64,000 nt of DNA from Chrysomallon squamiferum. Taxonomy: Eukaryota > Animalia > Mollusca. The notes below the pieces were generated by a model. The model was not told the DNA's origin, did no database searches, and saw nothing but the letters and a program-made list of their open reading frames with translations. How positions within the stretch are numbered: the first letter of the stretch is position 1; each line of letters starts with the position of its first letter. Positions 54,863-64,000 of this stretch are shown here, piece after piece. Where the stretch lies: assembly GCA_012295275.1 (NCBI GenBank), contig CM022673.1:868001-932000 (forward strand), read 5' to 3'. The position numbers and the translations under genes are program-made.

Positions 54863-55134
54863 TTATTATTGTTATTTATTTTTATTTTTTTTATTATTAT
54901 TATTATTAATGATTTTACTATTATTACTAGCATTGGTATTTTTATTATTAACAGTGGTGTAGGCTGCACTTAATATTATGCTTTTGTCCACATAAATGTA
55001 AGGCACAGGATTTGAAATATAATGATAATTCATTAAAAAAAAATCATTATCTGAATATGTATTGAAACACGAATGAATCGGTTAAAGCTATACACTGTTA
55101 AATTGCTAAAAAAAATTATGTATGCTGTTATCAC

Positions 55135-55435
55135 GCTGTTAATGTGATATTTTAATGCAATGAATTAGATATTTTAATGCAATATTCCACATATTTTAAT
55201 ACCATAATTTAATATTTTAATGTTATAAATGAATATATATAAATGCTATGAACTAAATATAATAATGCTATTATTAAGATATTTTTGTGCCATAAATTCG
55301 ATAGTTAAATGCTATAAATCAGATATTTTTATAACGTTAATTAAATAGTTAAATGCTACAAATTAGATAGCTAAATGTTATAAATTAGTAAAATGCTATA
55401 AATCAGATATTTTTAAAGCTGTAAATTAGATATTA
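55135..55435. repeat. Degenerate ~20-22 bp AT-rich minisatellite
   Basis: Recurring unit resembling TTAAATGCTATAAATTAGATA. Confidence 0.7.
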
Positions 55436-55923
55436 TAGTGGTGTACATTACACTGCTGTTTTTGTTGTTTGTTTTTTTCACGGTATAATTCTGACAGTTT
55501 AAACGTGTAAATCAGACAGTTTATGTGTTAAATCCAGTAGAAAACTATTATAAATAAGGATTAGTTTAATTTTTAAATCACGTTGCAACGAGATAATTTG
55601 ACTAATTAATTTGATAGTCTGAGGTAACAGATCAGGTAACTGACTACTGTGAACAGACTAATTTTACTTATTGGGCTTTTCTGGAGAGAGTTACGTCAAC
55701 ACCAACATCTATCTGCCTGATACTCCTACGACAAACACATAAAATATACTCTTTTTTTTCTTTTCTTAAATATCAGCTTATTAACACAGCCACAGCTGAA
55801 AGACATTATTATTGTTTATTTTCACAAACATGCGATATAATCTCCATGTTTGTTTTGCTGAAAATATTTACAACACATTCGTTCTCACCTAGGTTACAGT
55901 CGTTTTTCTCTAACATGCACACA

Positions 55924-55969
<46 letters not shown>

Positions 55970-56781
55970 GCTTTATGGAATCCTAAATCGTTATATACAA
56001 CAACAATAAAAAATAAAAAAAAATAAAAAAAATTATTTGAGAATAATCGATTTCGAATCAAGGTAATGTCCCCATTGACCGTTGTGTAGACTGTTTGCTA
56101 CTGGAGCTACCGTTATTGTTGTAAACCGGACTCCAGTCGATACAAGCTTTTTTTTTTTTTTTTTTTTTTTTCTTTCTTTCTTTCTACTACGGTCACTGTC
56201 ATTTCATTGCGGACAAAAAAAAAAAAAAAACCCTGTTCGGACCTGTATCCCATATGTTACTGGTCGTCAGTGTGTGCAGGCAAGCATGTCCTTTGTCACG
56301 ACAACCCAAAGAGACGGTGTTAAAGAATGTCCCAAACGCGTTCAAGGTCGATCAACGATGCGCAGCCGACTATCATTTACAGAACTCCGAGCTCGCTGCA
56401 CGCAGTCACATAAATAATTGAGGAACACAGAATGTGTTGGCGTCTGTTGTTGTAGGTTTTAAAAAAAATAAAAATAAAAAGTCAGACCATTTAAGATCAC
56501 AGTACGACACGACAAAATATTTTTTCTAGGGGTTTGTTTTTTTTTGTCGGGGAAGATGGTTTATGTGTAAAATATTCGGGGTGACGTATTATGGTTAGGA
56601 TTATACGTTATAACTGGATGGAAGATTGGCGAGGCTCTAGAACTGTCATTTCAAAAAAAAAAAAACCCAGCTGTCATGCTTTGGAAATTTTATAAGTTTT
56701 GACATATTCAAGTGTTAGAACCTGGTTTGTTTAACTGATTTGGCAGTTATTTAGCTTCTGTACAGAAAATAATTTCTATAT

Positions 56782-56839
<58 letters not shown>

Positions 56840-56886
56840 TTTCTTTTTCTTTTGTTATCGTCATGGTAATCATCATTATTATCAAA

Positions 56887-56940
<54 letters not shown>

Positions 56941-57149
56941 TTATTACTATTAGTATGTTTCTTTCTTCTCACTTATTATTATATTTTTATTTTTATTCTC
57001 TAACCAGAATTTTATAAGAAAGATTACATAAGCAATTATTAAAAATCTTATTTGATTTCCAGTGTAATATATATATAAATAAATAAATAAATAAATAAGA
57101 ATAAAGGTGATATTTCGAATGATAACGATAACAACAGTTATGATAAAAT

Positions 57150-57228
<79 letters not shown>

Positions 57229-57339
57229 CACATACACGCACACACACCTTACTAGATATCTTCATTACTATAAACTATTATGAGCTATTTAAAATGAACC
57301 TTATATAACAAATGGCTACATTTGTCCATCAGCTCTTTT

Positions 57340-57405
57340 CACAGACAAGAAAGCACATACCACGGGCTTTGGTGATCCGGTCACGGAACACGGGGTTGGA
57401 ACATG
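57340..57405. mobile_element. Possible SINE internal-domain fragment
   Basis: CACAGACAAGAAAGCACATACCACGGGCTTTG...GGTTGGAAC resembles, from memory only, a common gastropod SINE core (GCACATACCACGGCCTTTG...GGCTGGAAC). Not verified. Confidence 0.3.
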
Positions 57406-58017
57406 AACTTCCGTTGACCTGTAATTGGTATGAAGGTTAGGAAATCGAATTTCATTTTATTATTATTAACAACGCCAGTATCACTATCAACTAGCTTGAA
57501 TGTTTACCCTATTTACCGTCGTGGTCACTTGGTGTCCACTTCAAAGCGGCCGTGGAAATTAAGTATCAGAATAGAATGACGAATAAACAACAAACAATTA
57601 ATTTGCCAACAAGCATTGTCCAGGTTGGCGATGGTGAAGTCAACGTTTTGAACAGAGAGAAAATTTCAATGCATCAACAACAGTTAACTACTGAACGTAA
57701 AATAGAGTTCGCTCACATTTGTGCGTACATGTACTTCTCCACACAAACCCGACACACAAAATAATAGGAGATTATGTTGATGTTTGGCTTTATGCCTATA
57801 TGTATACGATGTGTGAATGTATGTGTATATGTACGTATGATTGTTTGTATGTTCTGTTTTCAATAACGTAGTCAGAAGAAAGGATAGATTTTCTTATTAC
57901 ACTCTGCTGGTATCTGTGCAAATAGAGACGCATAAAGAGAGAAAGAGAGAGACAGAGAAACAGAGACAGAGAGAGAAAGAGATAGGAGGGGTGAAAGGGA
58001 GGAAATTAAAGAGAAAG

Positions 58018-58090
<73 letters not shown>

Positions 58091-58114
58091 AAACAATGTA
58101 CACTGTACCATCAC

Positions 58115-58190
<76 letters not shown>

Positions 58191-59249
58191 ATTATTATTG
58201 TTATTGTTATTATTTATTATTACTGGTGTCATCATCATTATTATTATTATTATTATTGTTGTTGTTGTTGTTGTTATTATTATTATTGTTATTGTTATTA
58301 TTTATTATTACTGGCGTCTTCATCATTATTATTAAAGGTGTATTTATAAAAGCAATCTAAACCATTCCTCTTGGTATGCATGTTGTGCGATGTGACTGGT
58401 TCCATGACTACTTTGTCTGCTATGACAACAGAGACGTACACAAACATATTTACTTCCAAAGAACTGTATTTAAGATAAACAAGTTTACCTTTGTTTGGGG
58501 AAACCTTAAGTTCAGTCAAGTGTTCCGAATCGTCATAATCCATAAATGTTAATTTCAGAAAATAATCAGCAACGTCGATAATGAAACAGCTTTTTTTATT
58601 TTATTTATTTTATTTTTTTTTTATTGAATGACATTAACACGATATTAGCAGCTATATTAAAAATTATAATCTAATTTCTATCTTTTTGTTTACAATACAT
58701 GAAAGTGAATCTAAAATGTGGGGTGTTTTTTTTAATTATATTAATTTACAGATTTGACTGAATTGATTTCTGTGTGATGAATTAACTGTATATACGTGTT
58801 TCTTGTGCTTTTTTTTCATGATTTTTTGATAAATTTGTTCAGTGTCGTAACTGACGATAATGAGACCACTGATACGTTTTGTAGAACTGTCCCGAACTGC
58901 TGGCACCGTCTACCACACCATTTTTATGTCTGTTCTACAGACGCAGGAATAATATAAACAATAGCGAGCTCTTACAATGAGAATCTCATCCACGTGGTCA
59001 GTTAACCCCGAGTTCTTTCAGTGATATCCCTCTATTGTACTGAATTGTTTCTACAGAATCACAAAGGATGTCCTTGTCGATTCAGTCACCCGTGAATGGT
59101 GCCTGAAATGACTGTCAATGAATAAATGACTGACCATAATGACGGCCAGCCGAAGTCGGACATAAACGCCAAGCTATGGCAACAAATAAATGCACGGCCG
59201 TGGACCATGGCAACCGCTTTGTATACTGTCTGCATAGAAACGAAACCTG

Positions 59250-59255
59250 TATAAA
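59250..59255 (+). promoter_or_regulatory. TATA box of copy 7
   Basis: CTGTATAAAT context as in the other copies, 94 nt before ATG 59349. Confidence 0.65.
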
Positions 59256-59348
59256 TAAAATAATTTCTTAACCCAACGCCATCCTTTGCTTTTTCTCTCC
59301 TGGGTAAGGTCAGTGGTGGACACGTTCCTGTTTAAGATCAGATTCAAG

Positions 59349-63963
<4,615 letters not shown>

Positions 63964-64000
63964 AACAACAACCTTTACGGAAGAGATGCCGTATTAAAAT

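Noticed and set aside
56082-56417. 111-aa ORF between copies 6 and 7
   Set aside because: Non-ATG start, contains poly-T and poly-A runs, and shows no family Cys pattern or convincing exon boundaries.

Overview
Very AT-rich, microsatellite-laden animal genomic DNA. It looks invertebrate, possibly molluscan, but that is only an impression. Almost all ORFs in the supplied track are microsatellite noise. Manual splicing of GT-AG exons reveals a cluster of seven six-exon paralogous genes, plus the 3' end of an eighth at the left edge. Five are tandem + strand copies (ATG at 2991, 13844, 22380, 28497, 39903), one is an inverted copy (ATG 48915, - strand) and one is a divergent copy (ATG 59349). 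The shared blueprint is a ~175-192 aa Thr/Ala-rich protein with a signal peptide, two internally duplicated six-cysteine domains (each an exon pair, intron phases 1-2-1-2-1) and a GPI-anchor-like C-terminus. I do not recognise the family. The array shows a hypervariable N-terminal segment, mosaic copies recombined between the two domains, a variable Q-E/D/N-N stalk repeat, a compensated splice-acceptor shift, frameshifted copies (one loses only the anchor signal) and a possible membrane/secreted splice switch. Other features are a 200-N gap, tRNA-derived SINE-like heads, a foldback element, a Tc1/mariner remnant and minisatellites.
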